From Geosiphon pyriformis uo1 (lineage: Eukaryota; Fungi; Glomeromycota), in NCBI GenBank assembly GCA_016748015.1, contig JAAOMT010000755.1, positions 86,946 through 110,692 on the forward strand: a DNA stretch of 23,747 bases. Reading direction: 5' to 3'. Position numbers and translations under genes: made by a program. The notes under the pieces were generated by a model. The model was not told the DNA's origin. It worked only from the letters and a program-made list of their open reading frames with translations, and searched no databases. This document shows positions 1-11,750 of the stretch, one piece after another (the first letter of the stretch is position 1; every line of letters begins with the position of its first letter).

Positions 1-3000
1 TTAAAAGTTATTTTACAAGGCAAGCTATTTATTTGCTCAATCGAGATTTAAAAGAATATCAAACTTAGTCATTATATAATTTCTCCTAAAATCTCAAATT
101 CAATTGGACTCAAATGATATTTAATGATAATAATAAAACTATTGCATTTGAGAAATAATTTTTCCCAATTCCATAGCTTTCCCGCATAAAATCACTCAAG
201 TATCCCTAAAATTTATCATAGCAATATTTGTATAAAAGTCAAGGACTTTTTAAATCTTTAATTTACCATAAAAATATTCTGAATTAAAATTTTAAACTGT
301 TATTAAATTTAAATTTTATGTGTTTATATATATAGAAGATCCTTAATTTCAAAACTTAATTAAAAAATTATAATACTGTTCAAAAAATAGTCTTAATACT
401 CAGAAACTTATAAAAAATTATAAATTTTAATATATTTAATATTTAGTTTATATAATATTTTTTAATATTTGTTAAATAAATCTAAAAGATTTGCTTAACA
501 ATTTTGTATGTTTAAAATACTATTTCTTACTAATTAAATTAAAAATATATATTAATTGCAAAAATTAACAAACACCAAAAAAAGTGCTTACAAATATTAA
601 CTAAGGATGTTATCTAACAAAAAGAAATATGAATTTTACAAATTTATATTTATCTTTTGCTTAAAATTATAAGCCTAAATAATTGATTTTTTGATTTATT
701 TGCATTTATAAAAGTAATAATAAAAATATTATTCAAAAGTTTGTATATTATTAAGAGCATAAAATGTGCTAATAAAATTAACTATTATATAGTAAAGTAA
801 TTCAAAATATAACCAGTATTATTTTTTAGACAGTTTTTTTGTAAATTATCAAACAAAATTAACACTTCACTATTAAATCAATTTTTATTATAATTATTTT
901 TTAAAACTTTCAACATCCTCTGAACTTTTTGTACTGTTTTTTGAATTGCTTTAAATTTAACAAAATTATTAAAAACTTTCAATTAGTTCTAATTAAGCTA
1001 AAAATCCAAGAACATATTAATAAATTCAATAAAACTTTTTTTTATGTTACTGCTTTATTTTTTCTAGTATTTAAAGACATCTTTTCACAAAAAATTCAAA
1101 GTTTTTTTTCAAGTCTCCATATTTAGGTATTAAAAAACTCTTATAAAGTAGTGTACAAAGAGATCTAATAAACATTATAAAACAAGTAATATGTAAACAT
1201 ATCTATTTTTAGAATTCTAATGGTTTTATCTCTATAAACTTGGTTGGATTAGTTTTTTTTGTAAATCATAATAAGATAATACTTTTATGATAGATAGCAT
1301 ATAAAAATATATTGTAATTATAGAAATATATTTCCTTCTTTTAAGGCTTAGCAAAATTTTTTATATTGTTTAATATGTAAAAAAAAAACTTATCTAAAAT
1401 TTTTGCAACAAATATGCAATAGCTTGCTTAACAAATTTTACTTAAATGCTCAACTATAAATTCAAAACACTTGTGAGGATTAAAGATTTTATACCAAAAA
1501 TTAAAAATAAAGTCATTTTTGATTCTGTTAATAGCAATAAAAGTCGAGAGCTCTATAGCTTTCAAATGAAGTTTGTTGAAAGTACACATATGTACTCGTC
1601 TTATTTAATAAATTTATAATAAATAATGAAGAAAATTACACATAAAAACTTATTTAATTTTTATGTGTAAAAACAAATATATATTGAAAATTATTCAAAA
1701 TATTTTTTATATTTACATAAAAGCTAGAAAACAGATTTTTTAAAATATAAATACATTTGAATATAAATTTAATAGTGTATTTTGCCAAAACATGAACTTA
1801 TCCAAATAGTGTTAAGCATTGCTATTGATAAATTAATCTATAATTTGACAATGTAAAAATATTATAAAAATGATTTAAAAATATTTTATTTATGTTTTTA
1901 ACTTTCATTTTATTTTAATAAAAGCTCATATATTTGTATATATTTTTATTTTTTGTTAAATAAGATCTAAGCCTTAAAATTTTTTCTATATTTAAATAGT
2001 TTTTCTTTTTGTATAAAATTTATTTTAAATTATATTAACTATATATTAATTACTATTACATACTTTTACCACTTTATTTTTAGCATTAGTTATTACTATT
2101 TTTATTGATTTGATTTATAACTTGATTATAAACTTAGCTATTAATTATATTTTTACCTCAATTGTTAATTTAATTATTGACTAAACCATTGATTTAATTG
2201 TTAACTTGGCTATTTATTATTTTTAGAAAACATATAAATAAGACTTTTCAAAACTATAAAAAAGTATTTAACTATCTAAATATTAGCAATTTAATTTACT
2301 TTTATTAATATTATATTTGATTTGAGCATTAAAAAAATCACTTTTGCATAAATAAATAAAAATCCATAATTAATTGAAACGAAACTTAATTTAAAAGATT
2401 TAGATATTAGATTTTATATAACAATAAAACTCTCGTCTATTTGACCCAAAAATATCCTAAAATATATCAAAGTCATTTGAGGATCGATAACTCCCAAGTA
2501 ATAAATCAAGATTTTCACATATTTATGATAAAAATATATTGAATGACCAGACTGAACATGATTTTTAGCAAGTAGTTTTACTCATTGTTTTTTTTCAAAA
2601 ATGCTAAATTTTTCATTCATAGTTGATCAAATTAATACATTTTGATAGCAAAAGCAGAGAGTTTTTGTTTTACATAGTAAAAAAGTATATTAAGTATGCT
2701 CAATATTGCCTAAATTTTAATATTTAAATTCAAACTTGTGTAAAAAAGGTCTCAAGGATATTTAACCAGTTGTTTAAAAATAAACTTATTATTGCTTGGA
2801 CTTAAGCCAATATTAGCAATTCTTAAAGTTATTACTGAACTATTATCATTTAAAAATAGTTATATTAATTACAATAGTTTATTATACATTAGGTTTCTTA
2901 AATATTTTATATCGATCATTTCAAATTTCTGAATTAAATTTCAATAGGCTTAAACAATAAACAGTAAATAACAAGAATTTATTAAAATTAGCAATAGGTG

Positions 3001-3056
3001 AACAATTTTTTTATATAAACTAGATGGATATAGAAAAAGTAATTGACAAATGTGGC

Positions 3057-3171
3057 TACTTCTTTCTGTTCTTTACTCTTGTAAGAAATTTTAAACTAAA
3101 ACTACTCCCTCCCACTTTTCATTCTTGTAAGAAATCTTAAACTACCTCCCTCCTACTTTTTATTCTTGCAA
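3057..3171. repeat. Minisatellite, ~41-46 bp unit, ~2.7 copies
   Basis: The unit (a)ctactccctcccacttttcattcttgtaagaaatcttaa recurs three times with variation. Confidence 0.8.
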
Positions 3172-3278
3172 GGCATAAATAACAGATTATCAATTATCAA
3201 TTTTTTATCATCTAATTCTAAAATTTAATTTAGTTATTTAATAATTGATTGTTTATGAATTTCTATTTCGTATTCATT

Positions 3279-3727
3279 GGCTATTCAAATGTTGAATTGC
3301 GAATTACTGGTGAGTATGGTAATTCAAATATTGAGATACGAATTATTTGTGGATGATGATTATTTGAATGTTGAATTGCGAATTATTGGTGGGTCATGAT
3401 TATTTAAATGTTGAATTCATGCATTTTTGGTAAGTGGTAGTTATCGAATGTTGAGTTGAATTATTGGTGGGTAGTGGTTATATTTGAATGTTTAATTTGT
3501 GCATTTTTGATGACCAATAGTTATTTGAATGTTGAGTTGCAAAATATTGATGGATAGTTATATTTAAATGTTGAATCACAAATTATTGGTGGGTAATGGT
3601 TATTCAAATGTTGAATTTGTACATTTTTGGTGGGTGGTAGTTATTCAAATATTGAGTTGTGAATTATTAGTGGATGATGGTTATTCAAATTTTGAATTCA
3701 CAAATTATTGGTAAGCAGTAGTTATCT
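3279..3727. repeat. Minisatellite, ~40 bp unit, ~11 copies
   Basis: Consensus is about ggttattcaaatgttgaattgcgaattattggtgggtagt, with units of ~37-43 bp. A 'catttttg' variant occurs in units 4, 6 and 9. Confidence 0.92.
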
Positions 3728-3854
3728 AACAATTGTTGGTATCAAATTAGAGTCAAGCTTAATAGAATTTTTTTTTTCTACCAACTTTGCCAAACCTGTT
3801 TTGTTGACTGTAGTTTTACTAAATAGTAGATAAGAATAGTTTAATTCATAATAC

Positions 3855-4113
3855 ACATCAATAATTATAAATGAAAACAGACATTTAGCTAGAATGCAGC
3901 AAACACAAAGATTAAATAACAATTCATATCATTGATCATAAGTGGAAGCAGATATTCAACAGAATAAGCATATGCAAAAAGATATAACAATTCATGTTAT
4001 TAACTATCTATAGAAGTAGACATTTAGCAGAATGAGTACATATACAGAGGTACAACAATTCATGTCATAGACCATAAGTGAAAACAGACATTTGGCAGAA
4101 TGGGTGCATGTAT
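3855..4113. repeat. Minisatellite, 68 bp unit, ~3.7 copies
   Basis: AACAATTCAT occurs at 3918, 3986 and 4054. AGA(C/T)ATT occurs at 3879, 3950, 4018 and 4086. A period of 68 is not a multiple of 3, so it is unlikely to be coding. Confidence 0.88.
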
Positions 4114-6039
4114 AATAGTTAAAAAACACCACATTTGGTAATATAAAAGAGTTGAAAACCCCATGCTTGGTTAAGTTTCTTTGGTTAAGATTAGAGTTTT
4201 TTCTAGTAAAAAATGTCTTCCTTTTTCACTCAATACTTAAAGCTAAAAAGGATATATTAATACTCCTATCTGAATTGTTTTATTAACTAAAGATTTTTAA
4301 TTTTTAAGACCTGCTGTGGTTATTGATATAACTGGACACAAAAATAAACCTCTTAAATATTTTTAGTGTTCTTTGAATTCATGAGTTGTTAGTCATACTG
4401 GTTATAGCTGTTGGATTTATAAGTTGGTAAATGCCAGTAATTTGTTGCTAATAAAGATAAGAGTAATTTTATATAGAATAAAATTTTGTTTAAAGACAAA
4501 AAACACCTCTTTATATGTTACTATCTTTAAGTTGTTGATTTTGAAATCAAAAATTACACATTTGTTTTTCATGCAAAAACAAAAATACAAAAGTGGGTTA
4601 ACTAATATGTAGTAATTAAAAACAAAGTGTCACTTTTTGAAACTTTGGTACTTTCTGAAAAATTTTTAAATTATTATGCAGATTCTCATAACTCATGTAA
4701 TATTAAGCAAATTTTTATAACTCATTTTTTTGACTCTGTTATCTTAAAATGGCTAAATATAATCAGTATGAAAATCAAATTTACATTCTCCTTAAAACTG
4801 TAGGATTCATTATAATGTTTAATTTAACTTTTCTTTTTGTCTAAAAAAACAATATAAATGGTCGCAGATGAATTAGTTATTAAAAACATATCTTATATCC
4901 GAAAAAAAAATTAATATACTAGACTGAATAATATAAAAAAAATGGAAAACCACTAAATATAGCCAATATAAGTACTCTCTGTTGTAACATAGGATCTGAA
5001 AACATGACTGTTTACTTAAAACACAGCCTCCAAAACATTCAAAAAATTTCAAAACAAGTTTAATGTTCATTATTATCATATCTCGATCAAAATTACAATA
5101 ACAGTTTAGTTTCAGCATTAAATACTAAAAAAATTAGGAATTTGGCAATAGACAACAAATAACAAAGAATTGAAAAAGTATTGACAATAATAAATAATTA
5201 AATATTTAATTTAAAGACCTGAATAAAATCAAGCACATTATTTTAAATTAATTCTATTCTATGGAAGCATATTTCTGCTTTAATTTACATAATGAAAAGT
5301 TCAAATGTCAGTAAATATTTATATTTTTAGATGGGTGATTAATTTAATTTACTTAATTTAATCTACTTAAACAGATTTACTGGGTGATTGATTTATTATA
5401 CTTAAACAGACTAATTTTTCAAAAAGTTCTTGGTTAATTTTACAAGAGATTATTAAAGATAATTAGACTTAATAGAAATTTTTTTATATTATTTCTATTA
5501 GCTTAAAAAAAAGACATAGATCAGAATAGTAATGTATTTAAAGTACTATTTTCCGAAATCTAATACCTAATAGCCAGATAAAAACCAAAAGATATGAATT
5601 GGAGCTTTTATTAGATGAGTTAATAAAAAGATTAAGTAAAATTGAAAATATTCAGAAAATTCAAAATAATCTATAATATTCATGGTATTTATTACTAAAA
5701 ATTAATTATATAAACATTAATTATTTCCAGAATATACTATTTTGCAATATTATAACTTAACATTTTTAATATACCTGAACTATTAAAACAAATTTTACAT
5801 TTTTTAGCAAAAAATAAATTACTTTACCCAACTCTTTTCATTAATAAACTTTAATAATATTCTTTTGTTTTAATTCTATGATAACATATTAAGTTTTTCA
5901 TAGATCATCGGAACCAATTTAATAAAAAAATGTCTTAAGTTTTTACTTGGCAGTTAATAAACTTTAAAAGAGTTATGTGTAGAATAATAAAGCTATTCAA
6001 TTGCTTCAAGATAGTATATTTTTGATTAGAAGATTTAAA

Positions 6040-7430
6040 AAATTTCAGATGCATTGATCAGTGCAATTCTGTGTTTATGCCCAGATATACACTTTCTTAT
6101 ATTTGATGTTTATTCACAAATTTTAGCAGCAAAATCACCATATTTTGTCATAATGCTCTTTAAAAATTGGGTTAAAAAAGTAAATAATACCATTATCTTT
6201 GCTAAACCTAATATTTTTCTTAATATTTTTGAATTAATTATCAGGTAAGGTTTTCTTTTACTTCAAAGTATTTAACAAACATCAATTTTTATGTTTTATT
6301 TTTTTGTAAATACATTTATAATGGTGAGATCTCTTTTGATAAACATAGAATACCTATTATTTTAGAATTGCTTATTGCCATTAACAAACTTATTCTAGAA
6401 AATCTTATTGATTATCTTGAAGACTATTTAATTGAACACTATACAAAAAAGTTAGAAGAGAATTTTGCCACTTTATAGAAAACTTCATTATGCACCAAAA
6501 TAGCTGCTAACAATCCAGCTATAGTCTTCAACTCACAAGATTTCATCTTCCTTAGTGAAAATGCTTTTTCTTTAGTTTTAACTCGAAATAACTTAAATAT
6601 AGAAGAATCTAAGATCTGGGAAAAGATTGTGAAATGAGAAGTTGCTAAATTAGATAACAATATTTAGTTGAAAAAAGTTTTACTGGACAGATGAAAACTT
6701 TAATGCTTTTAAGAAATCTATTGAAATGCTTTTACCTTTAATATGCTTTAATATATCTTCAGTTAACTACTATCACAGAGTAAAACCATTTGTGAGAATC
6801 TTACTTGGAACTCTATATGAAGATCTTTTACATTATTATCTTATACTGAGTAGTCATCAAAAGTCTATAGACACTTAGTATTATGATTAAATATTAAAGC
6901 TTTTTCAATCACATAATATAAAACAGATAGATCATTGGATTCAAGACAAAGACAAAAATACTATTTTTGGAGATTAAGTTGAAAATAATTTTAAATTGTT
7001 ACTTCAAAGCAGTTGAAATGGATTTACTCTAGCTGATTTTCATCGATTATGCGATGGTAAAAAAGCAACAGTTAGCGTAATCAAAGTAAAAGGAACTGAT
7101 TAGCTAATTGGTGGCTATAACTCACACTCGTGGTATTCTAAGGATGAATTTTTGAAGGGAAAAGGAAGTTTTATTTTTTTCCTTAGAGATGGCAAAGCTG
7201 GAAATGCTCAACTTGGCAAATTTGTTGACAAATTTGGACCTTATGGTGGGCTAGACTATGGGCTCATGTTTGAAATGAATTTTATATTACATGGCAATGA
7301 TTTTTAAAATAGTTTAGGGTGGTATTGTGCAAATAAAAGAAACTATAAGCATGTTGTAATGTCTGGGTCAGAAGATCACGGGGATTTCTTTGTCAAGGAG
7401 TATGAGGTTTTTTAAATCATAAAAAAATAA
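6040..7430 (+). pseudogene. BTB/POZ-BACK-TLDc protein pseudogene, copy A (more degraded; 5' boundary approximate)
   Basis: BTB segment reads VYSQILAAKSPYF..IIFAKPNI..IFELIIR/YIYNGEI. Intron at 6245-6309 has a GT donor but the acceptor has mutated to AA. BACK-like segment reads VFNSQDF..NLNIEESKIWEKIVK. TLDc segment reads NFKLLLQSS..DFHRLCD..IKVKGT..IGGYN..EYEVF. There are many stops and frameshifts, and it is collinear with 10195-11645 (-). Confidence 0.9.
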
Positions 7431-8719
7431 AATTGGTTTTATTTAATTTGATATATATTTTTCAAAAGTTATGCACCCTATTCTGGAAATTTCCATCAAC
7501 AGAATATTCTATATCTTACTGCTTTAAGACGCAAAATAAATTTAAAAAACGATAACAAGTTTTAGAAAAAACTTTAAAATTTATAATTATTTTAATAAAA
7601 AGTAATTGTTAAAGTGAAGGTTTTTATCATAGGCTAAAACCAAAAAATGCTCGTTAGCACTCTTATTCCCGTGGAACGCCTCATAAATAATATAATCTAC
7701 TTTCAATCTACTTATCAATTCAAAAGAAATGCTATTTAAGCTTTATAATCTTTATTATGGCAAGCAATAGTATGTTTTTGTGTTTAAAGACTGCTCGAAT
7801 TTTACATGTGTAAAGGTAATTCCCATATTATACAAACTCCCAATTTTCAATACATGATTCACCAAATGTTATGAATTCAATTTAGGATTTGAGACTTAAT
7901 AGAAAAATAATTAATTAATTCAGGATTTTTAAGGTGGCATAGATTATTGTGTGAATTTGAGAAAAAGATTTTATTGAATTTTGATGGTCAAATAAAAAAT
8001 TTTAAGAAAATCTAGTTCGATACAAACTGGTCCCAGATTCATATCTAATAGCTCAATATTTCGAATATCAGTTAGCTTAATGGCTTGTAAAATTAAATAT
8101 ATCATTCTAAAAAAAGTGTTTTTGTATCTTTCCAAAAATTATTTTATAGACTTTCACCTCTTTGGTATATTGATATTCGAAAGTTAGCTTCCGAGTCTAT
8201 TGATTTTTCATGAACCATAAAATTATTTTGAATCTGATCACTTTTATCGCAACTTTAATAGAAAAGTTTTTTCGATAACCTAAAAACCTTCTAATAATGC
8301 ATTAACGAAATTTGATAGATTTTACCATATCATATTTCAAACAATAAGATTTTATTGCATACCATGCATATTTTTGAAAAATCTTTTGTGTATTATCTAT
8401 GACTCTGTCTACTTTCTGAGAAAATATAATTTTCCAGTCTAACATATTTTATCATGTTTAATATGAGAGAATCTATGAGATTTTCAATATATTTCAATAA
8501 AATTGTAAAATTTCTTAAGATATTTGGAGTTTCTGTGATTGTTTTCGGGTCTCGAAGGGTACAAATATGAAAGAGAAAATTAGGCTCTGTGAAGATTTAT
8601 ATAAAATTTGATACTAAAAGCTTCTTCAAAAATATGTCTTGTATGGGAAATTAGCCTATTCTTTAGAAAATTCATTATAGATATGCTAATATATAAATAT
8701 CATTAATCGCAAAGATTTT

Positions 8720-9297
8720 TTATTATTAATCATTATTTTGGTTTTGACTTAAATCAAAGAATACTGTTCAAGTTTTTTCTATATCTATTATATGCAAAAG
8801 CAAAAGTGATAAATATTTTTGGGATCAATACCGGCATTTTCATTATCATTTTTCAAGTATCCTTGAAGAAATAGAAAAATAAAGATTCAATGCTATTGTT
8901 GCAGCAATTTTCGTGGTACATGGAATGGGTGCCGTGATTTATTATTTTGATGATTTCTAAATATTTTTTTCAAGCTCAAATTTGCTTTTTTTTACCTTTA
9001 TAGTCTATACAGCATTTGCTGCTCATGAGTTTTATCAATTTAAATGAACACCGCATATTTCATTATAGCTATTTACTTATGACCAGCAAAGAATTAGGAA
9101 GTTGACATTTTTCTCGAGCTTTGGATGAAAGAACGAATATATATGCTCGAGTTACTTACGCAAATGATATGTTGGTAAATCTTTCAAATGATGGTCTACA
9201 CCAAAAACGAAGATTATTTGCGAAATATTGGATTAAGCCAGATAATTGCGTCTATTATAAGAATAAAGATCTTCTTGACAAGACAATCATTTATTAA
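8720..9297 (+). pseudogene. Class 3 lipase-like (alpha/beta hydrolase) pseudogene; may extend upstream to ~7920
   Basis: Motifs occur in Lipase_3 order: AKV/DKYFWDQY (cf. AKVHxGF); IFVVHGMGA at 8907-8933 (nucleophile-elbow position); intron ~8934-9003; VYTAFAAHEF; LFTYDQQRIRKLTF (cf. TYGQPRVGNxxF); YARVTYANDM (cf. RVTxxNDIV); KYWIKPD (cf. EYWI). It carries stops and frameshifts. Confidence 0.7.
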
Positions 9298-10194
9298 TTT
9301 CATAAAAGAATAAAGTAAATTGAATGTGTAAGAAACATATTTTAATGTGATCAGTTTTAAAATCACAGTTCCTAATACTTTCAGAAATATTTAAAAGTAA
9401 AGAAATAGTTTGTTATAATTCTATGTCTTGATTAATGCTCTTAAAATTTAATAGCAGGTCTAAAACTTAAAAAGACATGAAATTTTACAGCTTTATTTTA
9501 ATTTATAAATACCAATTTTAAAAAATTTGTAAAATAATAAGACAAAAATTTTTTAAAATAAAAATTTTTGAAGCCAAATATAAAAATTTGATATTTGTAA
9601 TTTATCATAATATTGATAGAATGCATATAATTTTTTTTATAAGTTATTTATTACTTGAATGATTGATATTATAAATTTTTAGTAGTCATTTAAATCTTAG
9701 ACATTTAATAAAAAAGCATCAACATTTAAGAATTTAATTTTTTGCTAGAATTTTATTCTTTTGTCGTCATTATCAATGAATATTAAATTTCTCATTTCTG
9801 ATTTTCACTTTAGTTTAAAATTCTATATATTACATAGCTACCAACTATAATCAAGCAAAAACTATGCATTTCAAGGCTATACCTAAAATAAGTTTTATTT
9901 CTAATGCTTTTTACCTAATTCTAAGCAATTGTGGAAATTCGAAAATTCTACAATTTTTACCTACAATAAAATATATCACAAAGCTAAAAGAGCGTTTGTT
10001 TGAATAAATTTATGTAAATAATGCTTTATCTTGTTTAAAGCTCTCTGAAATTTCTTTTAAAAAAAGACATTCTCAAATAATATCTACTGAGAATGTAGTG
10101 ACTATAAAATTTCATGAAATAATATTTAATAAAAATTCATGTTAGATTTAATAAAAAATATGAAACTTAATTCGATTAAATAATAAAACTAAAT

Positions 10195-11645
10195 TTATCT
10201 TTTTCTGATTTGAAAAACTTCATAGTCCTCGGAAGAGAAATTCACCATTTGATCTTCCGATCCAGGCATTATAGCATGCTCATAATCTGTTGTCTTTTAA
10301 CAAGAGCACCATGAATCACTTTTAAAGTTGCCAATCAGCCGAATATTGTCATTTCCAAAAGAGGGCTTATGATTTGGCCCATCATAAGGTCCATATCTGC
10401 TAGCACATTTGCTAAGTTTAGCATTTCCAGCTTTGCCAGCTCCAAGGGAAAAAATAAAGCTTCCTTTTCCCCCCAAAAATTCATCCCTAGTATGCCACAA
10501 TTGTGGATTATAGCCACCAATTAGCTGACCAGTTCCTTTCACTTTGATTAAGGTAACTGTTGCTCCTTTATCATCGCATAATCGATGAAAATCGGCTGGA
10601 GTGAATCCGTCTCGACTGCTTTGAAGTAACAATTTAAAATTATTTTCAACTTAATCTCCAAAAAGAGTATTTTTGTCTTTGTCTTGAATCCAATGATCTA
10701 TCTGTTTTATATTATGTGATTGAAGAAGCTTTGAATCAATATTTAATCATAATGGCTGAGTGTCTACAGACTTTTGATGACTACTCGGTATGAGATAATG
10801 ATGTAAAAGATCTTCATATAGAGTTCCAAGTAAGATTCTCACAAATGGTTTTACTTTGTGATAGAAGTCAACTGAAGATATGTTAAAGAACCGGATTAAA
10901 GGTAGAAGTCTTTCAATGGATTCTTTAAAGGCGTGGAAGTTTTCATCTGTCCAGTAAAGAACGTTCTTCGTCTGAATATTGTTATCCAATTTAGCAACTC
11001 CCCATTCAACAATTTTTTCCCATATTTCAGATTCTTCTATATTTAGGTCATCCCGAGTTAAAATTAAGGAAAGAGCATTTTCAGTAAGGGAGGTAAAATC
11101 TTCTGAGTTGAAGACTATAGCTGAAAGAATCATGCATAAATGAAGTTTTCTGCAAAATGGCGAAATTTTTTTCAAGCTCTTTTGCATGATGTTTAATCAA
11201 ATAGTCTTCAAGGTGATCAATAAGATTCTCTAGAATAAGTTCGTCAGCAGTAAGAAGCAATTCTAAAACGGTAGATACTTTATGTTTATCAAGAGAAATC
11301 TCGCCATTATAAATATATCTGTGCGGGAAAATAAAACATAGGAATTTGTGTTGGCAAAAATACTTTAAAGCAAATGAAAACCTTTACATCAGAATTATCT
11401 CAAAAATTTTGGGTGAAATATTAGGTTTAGCGAAAATAATAGCATTATTTTCTCTTTTAATCCCATTACTAGAAAGTGCTACAGCAAAAATATGGAGATC
11501 GTGCTGCTAAAATTGGTAAATGAGCGTAAAAAGTTCTAATATTAGGCACTTCTTCAATAACAATTCTAACATCAGAAAAATTCTGGCTATCCAGTATATT
11601 TCCAAAATCATCGGACAAAGCCTGAGAGAATTGCTGGGGTGCCAT
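10195..11645 (-). pseudogene. BTB/POZ-BACK-TLDc protein pseudogene, copy B (full length)
   Basis: ATG at 11645 gives MAPQQFSQALSDDFGNILDSQNFSDVRIV..FYAHLPILAARSPYF. Lesions: +1 frameshift ~11487, deletion/frameshift ~11125, stops at 10747-49 (TGA), 10651-53 (TAA) and 10297-99 (TAA). Intron 11387-11319 is GT..CAG. TLDc reads SRDGFTPADFHRLCDDKGATVTLIKVKGTGQLIGGYNP..DYEVFQ, with the natural stop at 10195-97. Confidence 0.93.
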
Positions 11646-11729
11646 TGATAAAAGGTATAAAAGCTTTGAAATATTGATATTTCAATCTGCAGTCTTTAAG
11701 GCATTTTTACAGCACTGAGTTTTACACTG

Positions 11730-11750
11730 CATGTGATCGACAGGTGATCG
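11730..11750. promoter_or_regulatory. Tandem E-box-like pair CA(T/G)GTGATCG upstream of copy B
   Basis: CATGTGATCG (11730-39) and CAGGTGATCG (11741-50) repeat at an 11-bp period, 85-105 bp upstream of the ATG at 11645. Function is inferred only. Confidence 0.3.

Noticed and set aside
900-2950. Minus-strand coding-like fragments (e.g. NDFIFNFWYKIFNPHKCFEF) and ORFs 929-1126, 3722-3922, 4424-4612 and 4873-5118
   Set aside because: There is no recognisable family motif and no consistent frame. They are probably decayed repeats, but I cannot assign them.
3279-3727. 40-bp array as a CRISPR array
   Set aside because: The units are contiguous and degenerate, with no unique spacers. There are no cas genes and the context is eukaryotic.
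6040-11645. Inverted BTB-TLDc pair as the terminal inverted repeats of a large transposon carrying the lipase-like gene
   Set aside because: The arms are intron-containing host-family genes with only ~80% identity outside one tract. I see no target-site duplication or terminal motif.
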